Positions 45,465 through 53,329 of a DNA stretch of 64,000 bases are shown here, one piece after another. The notes below the pieces were generated by a model, which had not been told where the DNA came from, ran no database searches, and was given only the letters and a program-made list of their open reading frames with translations. Each line of letters starts with the position of its first letter. The stretch's first letter is position 1. Origin of the DNA: Gammaproteobacteria bacterium (GTDB lineage Bacteria; Pseudomonadota; Gammaproteobacteria; Steroidobacterales; Rariloculaceae); assembly GCA_050485645.1 (NCBI GenBank), contig JBJHBT010000012.1:2597-66596 (forward strand). Reading direction: 5' to 3'. The position numbers were made by a program, and so were the translations under genes.

Positions 45465-46205
45465 ATGGACGTACTTAGCCTGCTTGGAGTCGTACTCGCG
45501 ATCGTCGCCATCCTTGGTGGCAGCGTGCTCAAGGGCAGCGGAGTGGCCGCGCTGTGGAACGGAGCCGCGTTCCTGATCGTTGTCGTGGGCACATTCGCTT
45601 CGGTGTTCATCCAGGTGCGCATGCAGGTGTTCACGCACGGACTTCGCATTCTGCCGTGGATATTCAAGTCGCCGACCGCTGATGCGGAGCGGCTGATCGA
45701 GCAGGTGGTGGGCTGGAGTCAGGTGGCGCGCAAGGACGGCCTGCTGGGTCTGGAGAGCATCGCCGAACAGGAAACCGATCAGTTCGTGCGCAAGGGTCTG
45801 CAGCTGCTGGTGGACGGGGCCGAGCCGGAAACGATCCGCCATGTCATGGATGTGGAAATCGAAAGCCGCGAGCACTTCGATCAGCAGGGCGCGAAGGTGT
45901 TCGAGAGCCTGGGCATCTATGCGCCGACGCTGGGCATCATCGGCGCGGTAATGGGCCTGATCAGCGTCATGCAGAACCTCGCCGAGCCGGAAAAGCTGGG
46001 TCCGGGTATCGCCACCGCATTCGTGGCGACAATCTACGGCATTGCATCGGCCAATCTGCTGTTTCTGCCCATCGGCAACAAGCTCAAGGGGCTGATACAG
46101 GCAACCGTGCAGCAGCGTGAACTCGTTCTGGAAGGCCTGGTCAGCATTGCCCGCGGTGACAATCCGCGCGGTATCGAAACCAAGCTGCGCGGCTTTCTGG
46201 TCTGA
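45465..46205 (+). CDS. motA: Flagellar stator protein MotA (MotC/PomA-like size)
   Basis: 246 aa with 4 TM segments. GIYAPTLGIIGAVMGLI and TAFVATIYGIASANLLFLPIG are MotA/ExbB-family motifs. Confidence 0.9.
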   Translation: MDVLSLLGVVLAIVAILGGSVLKGSGVAALWNGAAFLIVVVGTFASVFIQVRMQVFTHGLRILPWIFKSPTADAERLIEQVVGWSQVARKDGLLGLESIAEQETDQFVRKGLQLLVDGAEPETIRHVMDVEIESREHFDQQGAKVFESLGIYAPTLGIIGAVMGLISVMQNLAEPEKLGPGIATAFVATIYGIASANLLFLPIGNKLKGLIQATVQQRELVLEGLVSIARGDNPRGIETKLRGFLV

Positions 46206-46215
46206 AGTCTTCGCG

Positions 46216-47169
46216 ATGGCACGGCGCAAGCGGCATGAAGATCACGTGAACCACGAGGCGTGGGCCATTCCCTACGGCGACCTGATCACGCTGCTGCTGG
46301 CCTTCTTCGTCGTGATGTATGCGCTGTCATCGGTCAACGAGGGCAAGTACAGAATCCTCTCCGACTCCCTGATAGCCGCGTTCCGTTCCCAGCCGAAGTC
46401 GCTGGAGCCGATCCAGGTGGGTCAGCCATCGCGCTCCGCATCGGTGCCGGATGTTCGTCAGCAGCGCACGCTGGTGCCTCTGGAAATCGACAGCTACCTC
46501 GCCACACAGATGGCACGGATGCCCGAAGGCGGGCGCCACGAACTGGCCATGATGCGTACCGCGGGCCTCACGCCGGACGAAATCGATGCGGCGATGGCAC
46601 TGATCGAGGACATCACCACGCAGATCGCCGACGAACTGTCCGAGTTGATCGACGCCGACATGGTGCGGCTGCGGCCGGAACGTTTCTGGCTGGAAGTGGA
46701 AATCAACACCAGCGTGCTGTTTGCGACGGCCAGCGCGGAACTGGCCGCGGATGCGGAGCCGATCGTGCGGCGGCTGGGCGACATCCTCGCGCACACGCCC
46801 ACACGCGTGCAGGTGGAGGGCCACACGGATTCGCTGCCGATCAGTACGGCAACCTATCCGTCGAACTGGGAGCTGTCCGCAGGCCGGGCCGCCACGGTCG
46901 TCAGGCTGTTTGCCGGTGGTGGCGTGAATCCCGCGCAGCTGTCGGCGGTCGGTTTCTCCGAGTTTCGCCCGGTGGACGACAACGAATCCGCTGCCGGGCG
47001 CGCGCGCAACCGGCGGGTTGTGATCGTGATCATGGCCGGGCGTGATGATCACGCGGGAAAAGTCTGGACCGAAGCTGAAATGGGCGAACGCGGATGGACA
47101 ATGGGTGAACCCTCCGCTTCTTTTACACTCGATGGAGCTGGCTATGGAATTCAATATCACGACCACTGA
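46216..47169 (+). CDS. motB: Flagellar stator protein MotB (OmpA-like peptidoglycan-binding domain)
   Basis: MARRKRHEDHVNHEAWAIPYGDLITLLLAFFVVMYALS includes the conserved plug/TM Asp. OmpA-like VEGHTDSLPI...SNWELSAGRAATVVRLF...NRRVVIVI. Confidence 0.92.
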   Translation: MARRKRHEDHVNHEAWAIPYGDLITLLLAFFVVMYALSSVNEGKYRILSDSLIAAFRSQPKSLEPIQVGQPSRSASVPDVRQQRTLVPLEIDSYLATQMARMPEGGRHELAMMRTAGLTPDEIDAAMALIEDITTQIADELSELIDADMVRLRPERFWLEVEINTSVLFATASAELAADAEPIVRRLGDILAHTPTRVQVEGHTDSLPISTATYPSNWELSAGRAATVVRLFAGGGVNPAQLSAVGFSEFRPVDDNESAAGRARNRRVVIVIMAGRDDHAGKVWTEAEMGERGWTMGEPSASFTLDGAGYGIQYHDH

Positions 47170-47587
47170 TCTCATCTATCTGGTGCTCGGGCCTGGCGCC
47201 CTGTTGATCGGCGCGTTGCTGCTGCGGAGCGATCTGCGACTGCAGCGTCGTCATGACGCGCTGCAGGTCGAGCATGCCGGACTGCGGGAGAGCTGTGCGG
47301 GACTGACGGGGAAACTGGACGAACTGCGTGACGAATGTCATGCGGTTGCCGAACGCGAACGGCAGCTGCGCGAGCGGGTCGAGCAGTTGCATCGGGATCT
47401 TCAGCATGTGCTGCTCAAGGATGCCGAGACGGGCCCGTATTTTCGTGCCGTGCGTCAGGCCGAGAGTGGTGTCGGAGTGGATTCCCTGGTGGAACGTACC
47501 GGCATCACGCGCGCCGAGGCGGCGCTGATCGTGCAGCTGCATGGCAGCTCCACAGTCAGCCCGGCGCCGATGCAGGCCAGTGCCTGA
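47144..47587 (+). CDS. Small membrane-anchored protein, DUF2802-like (flagellar-cluster associated)
   Basis: ATG 47144 with GGAG RBS, overlapping the motB 3' end. N-terminal TM (LIYLVLGPGALLIGALLL), a coiled coil, and a C-terminal GITRAEAALIVQLHG helix-turn-helix-like tail as recalled for DUF2802. Not verified by search. Confidence 0.5.
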   Translation: MEFNITTTDLIYLVLGPGALLIGALLLRSDLRLQRRHDALQVEHAGLRESCAGLTGKLDELRDECHAVAERERQLRERVEQLHRDLQHVLLKDAETGPYFRAVRQAESGVGVDSLVERTGITRAEAALIVQLHGSSTVSPAPMQASA

Positions 47588-47670
47588 TCCCGAAGTCCGC
47601 TGACGCTGACGACCGCTTCCGGTGACATCCGCCGATCATCGGCACGGCACCGAACAGCAGAGCCGCTGAA

Positions 47671-48546
47671 TCAGGACAGGGTCGCTTCCAGTTCCTCGGT
47701 GACGCCGGCAAGCGTCGCCGCGATCTGTTCGACATCGTCATTATCCAGGCCGAGCGCGGACAGTGCCGGACGCTGCAGCTGCTGCGCCTGCGGGTCGCGC
47801 ACGAAGCCGATGTGCTGTTTGTGAGCCAGCACATCGGCCAGATGCACCACACAGCGTTGCGGCAGGGTGGCCGCGGGGCCGGTGGCGGGATCATGGTGGG
47901 AGCCGATGGCATCGGCGATTGAATCGGGCAGTCGCCAGTTGCGTGCGAGGCTGTAGCCATAGTCGTGATGGCCCACTGCCAGGGCGCTGAGTTCACCGAG
48001 CAGCTCGACCAGTTGCGCATCGGCCGCTGCCGCGGACTCGCGCGCATGTGAAACCTGAAGTTCGATCACGAAGCCGATGTCGTGCAACAGGCCGGCCAGA
48101 AAGGCTTCGTCACCGTTGATCCTGCCCGACACCGTCGCGGCCAGGCGCGCGGCGCCGGCAACCGCCAGCGAGTGTCGCCACAACGCCCGCGGAGAAGCTT
48201 CGCCGCGCCAGACCTTGCCGCGCAGCATGGCGCCGACACTGGTGGCGATGGCGATATTGCGGATTGCCGGTCCGCCGAGAACGATGACCGCGCGCTGTAT
48301 CGTGCCGATGCGTCCGGCTGTGCCATAGAACGCCGAGTTGACGACCTTGAGAATACGCAGGCACAGGGCGGGATCCGTCGATACAAGTTTTTCCAGTTCA
48401 TGGCTGGTGTAATCGTGATCCTGCATCAGTTCGATGATGCGCAGCGTCACGTCCGGCAGCATGGCCACGCGCCGGACACGCCGGATCGCGCTGTCGGCCA
48501 GCTCCGCTCTGCGAGCGCCGTCGTTCGCGGATACCGCATTCAGCAT
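47671..48546 (-). CDS. HDOD domain protein
   Basis: MLPDVTLRIIELMQD...STDPALCLRILKVVNSAFYG...IQRAVIVLG...LWRHSLAVA...EAFLAGLLHDIGFVI is a typical HDOD pattern. Start overlaps the upstream gene stop. Confidence 0.85.
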   Translation of the reverse strand: MLNAVSANDGARRAELADSAIRRVRRVAMLPDVTLRIIELMQDHDYTSHELEKLVSTDPALCLRILKVVNSAFYGTAGRIGTIQRAVIVLGGPAIRNIAIATSVGAMLRGKVWRGEASPRALWRHSLAVAGAARLAATVSGRINGDEAFLAGLLHDIGFVIELQVSHARESAAAADAQLVELLGELSALAVGHHDYGYSLARNWRLPDSIADAIGSHHDPATGPAATLPQRCVVHLADVLAHKQHIGFVRDPQAQQLQRPALSALGLDNDDVEQIAATLAGVTEELEATLS

Positions 48547-50324
48547 CGGGCGCCGCCAGTCGGCAATGCCGCGAGCTGTCCGGCCGGTGAGCCGTTACAC
48601 AGATTGAACAGTGCCCGCGCCGGTAGCGGTCGCGACAGGTAGAAGCCCTGCGCGTAGTCGCAGCCCAGCGCCTGCAGTGTGATCAGCTGGTCGCTGGACT
48701 CCACGCCCTCGGCGATGGTGTCGATGCCAAGGTCATGTGCCAGTTCGATGATGGCATTCAGCACCGCGACCAGATCCCGGCTGTTGCCGATGTCGGTAAC
48801 GAAGGCCGGCGCGATCTTGGCGATGCTCAGCGGGAACTGACGCAGGCAGGCCAGCGACGAATAGCCGCTGCCGAAGTCGTCCATTGCGATACGCACACCC
48901 AGCTCCGCCAGTTCGCGCAGTGCATTGCGCGATACGTCGGTGTCGCGCATCAGGCTGGCTTCGGGCACCTCGACGACCAGATCGGTCGGTTCAAGTCCGG
49001 AGTCGGCGAGGATGTCGGTGTAGCGTCGGGCGTTTTTCCGTGCCAGCAGCTGCTGCACGGCGATGTTGACGGCCAGTGTCGCGGGCGCGCGTTCTGCCAG
49101 CAGCATGCGCCAGTCCTTCATCTGCCGGCACGCCTCGCCCAGCACCCATTCCCCGATAGGCACGATGAGGCCGGTGTCCTCGGCGACGGACATGAAAGCA
49201 GCCGGCGACAGCAGGCCGTAGTCCGGATGCTGCCAGCGCAGCAGTGCTTCCACCGATGTGATCTGTCCGCCGTGCAGCGAAAACACCGGCTGATAGACGA
49301 GCAGGAACTGTTCCCGGTCCAGCGCACGGTGCAGGTCGCGCTCCATGGACAGGCGCTGTCTGGCCACTTCGCGCATCCGGCCATCGAAGACCACGTGGTG
49401 CCCCTTGCCGGCAGCCTTGGCCGAATACATGGCCGTGTCCGCATCGCGCAGCAGTTCGTCCACTGAATCGTGACCCAGTTCGCTGGTGACGATGCCGACA
49501 CTGGCGGTGGAGCATATTTCATGCCCGTCGATGAGATGAGGCTTCTCGAACGCCGCCAGCAGCCGCTCGGTGACACGCGCCGCGTCCTCCGGTCTGCTCA
49601 GTCCGGTGAGCAGCACGACGAACTCGTCACCGCCCACCCGCGCGACGGTGGTCTGGTTGGTGGCGGTCTGACCGACGGTATCGTGCACGCGCAGATTGTT
49701 GCGGAACCGTAACGCGATTTCGCGCAGCAGTTTGTCACCGACATCGTGACCAAGACTGTCGTTGATGGCCTTGAAGCGGTCGAAGTCGAAGTAAAGCACC
49801 GCGAAGCAGAAGTCCGGCATGGCCTGACTCTGCTCGATGGCGCGGGTGATACGGTCTCCGAGCAGATGGCGATTCGGCAGACCCGTCAGGTTGTCGTGCA
49901 GAGCCTGCTGCTGAAGACGTTGCAGCAGACTCTGGGTCTTGATCGCGGCGCCGACCCTGGCGCGCACCTCGGCCGCGCAGAATGGCTTGCGGATGTAGTC
50001 GCAGGCGCCGAGTGTGAATGCCTCGGACACCGTGTTCGAATCGGCAGCCGACGTGACCATCATCACCGGAATACGTGCCGTGGCGGTGTCATCCTTGAGC
50101 TGTCGCAATACCGACAGGCCGTCCATGTCGGGCATCTGATAGTCGAGCAGGATCAGCGCCGGATCAGCACGCGTGGCAAGCTCCAGGCCTTCCTGCCCGG
50201 ACGTGGCGCGCAGCAGCTCCAGCGGCAGCGAGCGCAGCTGTGCGGCGAGCAGGTCGTGTATCTGCGGTGTATCGTCGATGGCCAGTATGCGTTTCACAGC
50301 CGACTCCTTCTCCACTGCCGTCAT
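48540..50324 (-). CDS. Response regulator with REC-GGDEF-EAL domains (c-di-GMP turnover)
   Basis: REC (ILAIDDTPQIHDLL...LILLDYQMPDMDG...KPF). Intact GGDEF (VARVGGDEFVVLL). Intact EAL (VEALLRW...DDFGSGYSSL...KIAPAF). Confidence 0.92.
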   Translation of the reverse strand: MTAVEKESAVKRILAIDDTPQIHDLLAAQLRSLPLELLRATSGQEGLELATRADPALILLDYQMPDMDGLSVLRQLKDDTATARIPVMMVTSAADSNTVSEAFTLGACDYIRKPFCAAEVRARVGAAIKTQSLLQRLQQQALHDNLTGLPNRHLLGDRITRAIEQSQAMPDFCFAVLYFDFDRFKAINDSLGHDVGDKLLREIALRFRNNLRVHDTVGQTATNQTTVARVGGDEFVVLLTGLSRPEDAARVTERLLAAFEKPHLIDGHEICSTASVGIVTSELGHDSVDELLRDADTAMYSAKAAGKGHHVVFDGRMREVARQRLSMERDLHRALDREQFLLVYQPVFSLHGGQITSVEALLRWQHPDYGLLSPAAFMSVAEDTGLIVPIGEWVLGEACRQMKDWRMLLAERAPATLAVNIAVQQLLARKNARRYTDILADSGLEPTDLVVEVPEASLMRDTDVSRNALRELAELGVRIAMDDFGSGYSSLACLRQFPLSIAKIAPAFVTDIGNSRDLVAVLNAIIELAHDLGIDTIAEGVESSDQLITLQALGCDYAQGFYLSRPLPARALFNLCNGSPAGQLAALPTGGARC

Positions 50325-50427
50325 CGCCGCAACTTCCCTGGCAACCAGACCGATCCCCGTGTCACGACACCCGGTGCCGTGTCACTACGCTTGTGGCACC
50401 AGCATCATCCGGCTGATGCCACGGCTG

Positions 50428-51273
50428 TCATCCCAACCCCAGACTGTCGCGGAGTTCGTCGCGCTCGGCGATGAGACTGTCCAGCTTCGACCTCGCGATG
50501 CCCAGACGCTGAAGGTCGGGGCGGCCGTCCAGCAGCGCCAGTGTTTCGTCGGCAACCGGGGTGGAGATCCGCGACACCAGGATTCCCAGCGTCAGCACGT
50601 CGATCATCGGTTCGCGCTCTTCGACGTCGGGTTCGCACTGACGTTCTATCGCCGTCGCGGCGTCGTCCGGCAGGCGCCAGTACTCGGCGATGGCCTTGCC
50701 AACGCTCGGGTGCCAGGTGCGGATGAGTTCTTCCGCGGATTCGGCGTCGGCGAACAGTTCCGGATACTGCGGCGCCCTGCTGTAAAGGTAGATCACGCCG
50801 ATGTTGTGCAGCAGGCCAACCACCAGTGATTCGTCCGCGGAAACCCTGCCGCTGCCGCGGGCGATCAGGTAGCACGATGCCGCGGTGCGGGCGGCATCGG
50901 CCCACGCCGGCCGCAGCAGATGTTCAACCTGGCGGTACTCCTCGCGCTCGCGCAGCTGGCGCATCGCGAATGTCATTGTGGCGGACTGCACGGCGCTGGC
51001 ACCCAGACGCGAGATGGCGGCTGAGATGTCCGTCGTTGGTTTGCCGTTGCGTCGGAAGGTGAAGGAGTTGGCCATGGTCAGTATGGTGCCGACAAGGGCC
51101 GGTTCACTGCGCAGCACCCGGGCGAGCCTGTCGATGGAATAGTCCGGGTCCGCGAGTGCACTGCGAATGTTCATGACCGATTCTGAAAGCGCGGGCAGAT
51201 GCAGATCGCCCGCAGACAACTCGTCCGCCAGCCCCTGGACCAGCGAGTAGGCATCAGCTTGATTGACAGACAC
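50428..51273 (-). CDS. HDOD domain protein
   Basis: LPALSESVMNIRSALADPDYSIDRLARVLRSEPALVGTILTMANS...ISRLGASAV...LVVGLLHNIGVIYL is the HDOD pattern. First gene after the sigma-28 promoter at 51320-51346. Confidence 0.85.
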   Translation of the reverse strand: MSVNQADAYSLVQGLADELSAGDLHLPALSESVMNIRSALADPDYSIDRLARVLRSEPALVGTILTMANSFTFRRNGKPTTDISAAISRLGASAVQSATMTFAMRQLREREEYRQVEHLLRPAWADAARTAASCYLIARGSGRVSADESLVVGLLHNIGVIYLYSRAPQYPELFADAESAEELIRTWHPSVGKAIAEYWRLPDDAATAIERQCEPDVEEREPMIDVLTLGILVSRISTPVADETLALLDGRPDLQRLGIARSKLDSLIAERDELRDSLGLG

Positions 51274-51319
51274 GGGATCTCCTGTTCGAAGGCGGCACGG
51301 CGCCGTGGTCTCGGTCCCG

Positions 51320-51346
51320 TTATCGGCCGATTCAGCGCGGCCTTTA
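51320..51346 (-). promoter_or_regulatory. Sigma-28 (FliA) promoter for the HDOD / REC-GGDEF-EAL / HDOD operon
   Basis: Minus strand reads TAAAG-GCCGCGCTGAATCG-GCCGATAA (plus strand TTATCGGC-N15-TTTA). The -10 matches 8/8, the -35 is exact and the spacing is consensus. About 47 nt upstream of ATG 51273. Confidence 0.8.
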
Positions 51347-51382
51347 GCGCGGCCTTTAGCGCGGCCTTTAGCGCGGCCCTTA
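51335..51382. repeat. 12-bp tandem repeat x4 (GCGCGGCCTTTA), each unit carrying a TAAAG element on the minus strand
   Basis: Units at 51335-46, 51347-58, 51359-70 and 51371-82 (last unit CCCTTA). The promoter-proximal unit supplies the -35 of the sigma-28 promoter. Confidence 0.9.
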
Positions 51383-51460
51383 GCGCGACATGGCGCCGCG
51401 GACCAGGTTCAGCGCGAACGAAGCTGCGGACGCCGGTTCGCCGCGCGCCGGGTGGATCAT

Positions 51461-52711
51461 CTAGCCGATCCGGTGCGACAACAGGCCATCGACGAGCTTG
51501 GGTTCGAACCAGGTGGATTTCGGCGGCATCGCAAGCCCGGCGTCGGCCACGGCCATCAGCTGGTCCATGCGCGTGGCGAACATCGAGAACGCGACGGCCG
51601 CCCGCCCGCCGTCCACGCGTCGCTCCAGCTCCGACAGACCGCGTATGCCGCCGACGAAGTCGATGCGAGCATCGGTGCGCGGGTTGTCTATGCCCAGCAC
51701 CGGTCGCAGCAGCAGTTCCTGAAGCAGGCTCACGTCCAGACTTGCCACCGGATCGTTCCGCGGCCGTGTCTTCGGTGGCAGTGTCAGACGGTACCAGCGA
51801 TCGGCCATGTACATGCCGAAGGTGCCCGGCTGGTCGGGCGCCACGGCTGCGGATTCCGGGTGAACGTGAAACTCGCCGGCAATGCGCGTCAGCAGCTGAT
51901 CGGGCGACAGGCCGTTGAGATCACGCACCACGCGGTTGTAGTCGAGTATGCGCATCTGGTCGTCGGGGAACGCGACGACGAGAAAGTATTCGCTGTCACC
52001 GCCGCGCTCGCGTGCGACGCGCGCGGCCGCCGCGGCGCGATGATGGCCGTCGGCGATGTAGATCGCCTCATGGCGATCCAGCGCATCCTGCAGGGCCTGC
52101 ATGTTTGCCGCATCGCTGATGCGCCAGATCCGGTGCCGCACATCGTTCGGGCCGATGGCGTCGAGCAGCGGTGCCGACGCCGTGGTTTCGGCCAGCGGCT
52201 GATCCAGAGCCGGATCGGCCCGGTAGGCACACAGCACGGGGCCGGTCTGCGCGTTCAGCGCCAGAATGTTGCGTACCCGGTCGTTTTCCTTGTTTGGCCG
52301 CGTGAATTCGTGTTTGCGGACGCGGTTCGCGTCGTAGGCCTGCGTGGACGCGGTGAAGGCGATGCCGGTTTGCACATGATCGCCGTCGTTCATGCGGTAC
52401 ACGTAGAAGCACGGGGATGCTTCGCGCACAAGTACGCGCTGTTCGATCATGCGCTGCAGCTGCGCGGCGCCGGCCGCATATACCTGATCTGAATAGGGAT
52501 CGACGCCGTCAGGCAGGTCGATTTCCGGTCGTGAGATATGCAGGAACGACCATGGACGGTTCGCGGCCAGACCGCGCGCTTCGGCAGTGTCGATCACGTC
52601 GTAGGGCGGTGCAATGACATCCGCGGCCTGGGCGGCGTCGGGCCTGAGCGCGGCGAACGGCCGCGCAAGCGGTTGGTGTTTCTGGTTCATCGCGCCATTA
52701 TAAGGGTACAC
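51461..52711 (-). CDS. DUF1015 family protein
   Basis: 416 aa. N-terminal ARPFAALRPDAAQAADVIAPPYDVIDTAEAR matches my recollection of the DUF1015 N-terminal signature. Function unknown. Confidence 0.65.
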   Translation of the reverse strand: MYPYNGAMNQKHQPLARPFAALRPDAAQAADVIAPPYDVIDTAEARGLAANRPWSFLHISRPEIDLPDGVDPYSDQVYAAGAAQLQRMIEQRVLVREASPCFYVYRMNDGDHVQTGIAFTASTQAYDANRVRKHEFTRPNKENDRVRNILALNAQTGPVLCAYRADPALDQPLAETTASAPLLDAIGPNDVRHRIWRISDAANMQALQDALDRHEAIYIADGHHRAAAAARVARERGGDSEYFLVVAFPDDQMRILDYNRVVRDLNGLSPDQLLTRIAGEFHVHPESAAVAPDQPGTFGMYMADRWYRLTLPPKTRPRNDPVASLDVSLLQELLLRPVLGIDNPRTDARIDFVGGIRGLSELERRVDGGRAAVAFSMFATRMDQLMAVADAGLAMPPKSTWFEPKLVDGLLSHRIG

Positions 52712-52777
52712 AGGGCACTTCGTTGGGTGTGCTCCGCCCGTAGACAGACCATCAGCACGATGTCAGGAGAATGCGCG

Positions 52778-53239
52778 ATGCAGCGAACCGTTACGCGAGA
52801 GCAGCTGGATGCGTTGACCGGCCAGCGGCTGGGCGTGTCTGATTGGCTGGAAGTCGATCAGAAGCGCATCAACGAATTCGCCGATGTCACCGACGATCAT
52901 CAGTACATCCATGTCGACGCCGAGCGCGCACGGCAGTCGCCGTTCGGTACGACCATTGCGCATGGGTTGCTCACGCTGTCACTGATCGTGCGGCTGTGCC
53001 TGCCACTGGTGCCGCGACTCGATACGATGACCATGGTGCTGAACTACGGCTTCGACAGGGTGCGGTTTCCTGCGCCGCTGAAGTGCGGCAGCCGCATTCG
53101 CGCCGTCGTGGATCTGGATTCGGTGGAGCAGCGTCAGCCCGGACAGGTTCTGATCCGCCTTGGCGTCGTTGTCGAGATCGAGCATGAGTCCAGACCAGCC
53201 CTGGCCGCTGAGTGGCTGGCACTGCAGCTGACCGGCTGA
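52778..53239 (+). CDS. MaoC-like (R)-specific enoyl-CoA hydratase / hot-dog fold dehydratase
   Basis: ATG 52778 with AGGAGA RBS. INEFADVTDDHQYIHVDAERARQSPFGTTIAHGLLTLSL is the MaoC dehydratase motif. Confidence 0.85.
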   Translation: MQRTVTREQLDALTGQRLGVSDWLEVDQKRINEFADVTDDHQYIHVDAERARQSPFGTTIAHGLLTLSLIVRLCLPLVPRLDTMTMVLNYGFDRVRFPAPLKCGSRIRAVVDLDSVEQRQPGQVLIRLGVVVEIEHESRPALAAEWLALQLTG

Positions 53240-53268
53240 GCTTTCCGTGCCGCACACGTTTGCTGTTG

Positions 53269-53294
53269 CCGGCCACCACCCGGGCGGTGGCCGG
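53269..53294 (+). terminator. Stem-loop after the MaoC-like gene (candidate terminator)
   Basis: CCGGCCACC-ACCCGGGC-GGTGGCCGG, a 9-bp perfect stem 30 nt after the stop. No T-tract. Confidence 0.4.
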
Positions 53295-53329
53295 GACGTG
53301 TACTGAGTCCGCAAATCGGCCGTGCCGGC

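Noticed and set aside
41082-46229. Long minus-strand ORFs 41082-42509 (475 aa), 42307-43839 (510 aa) and 44595-46229 (544 aa)
   Set aside because: They are antisense to flhA, flhF, flhG, fliA and motA, all of which have strong family motifs. The antisense frames stay open only because of GC3 bias.
47631-47643. GCCGAT-C-ATCGGC palindrome between the convergent DUF2802-like and HDOD genes as a terminator
   Set aside because: The stem is only 6 bp with a 1-nt centre, which is sterically poor for a hairpin, and there is no T-tract.
51335-51382. Tandem repeats here, at 20175-20234 and at 53511-53570, considered as a CRISPR array or minisatellite mobile element
   Set aside because: The units are 12-15 bp and directly abutting with no spacers. 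No cas genes, transposase, integrase or terminal inverted repeats occur anywhere in the window.
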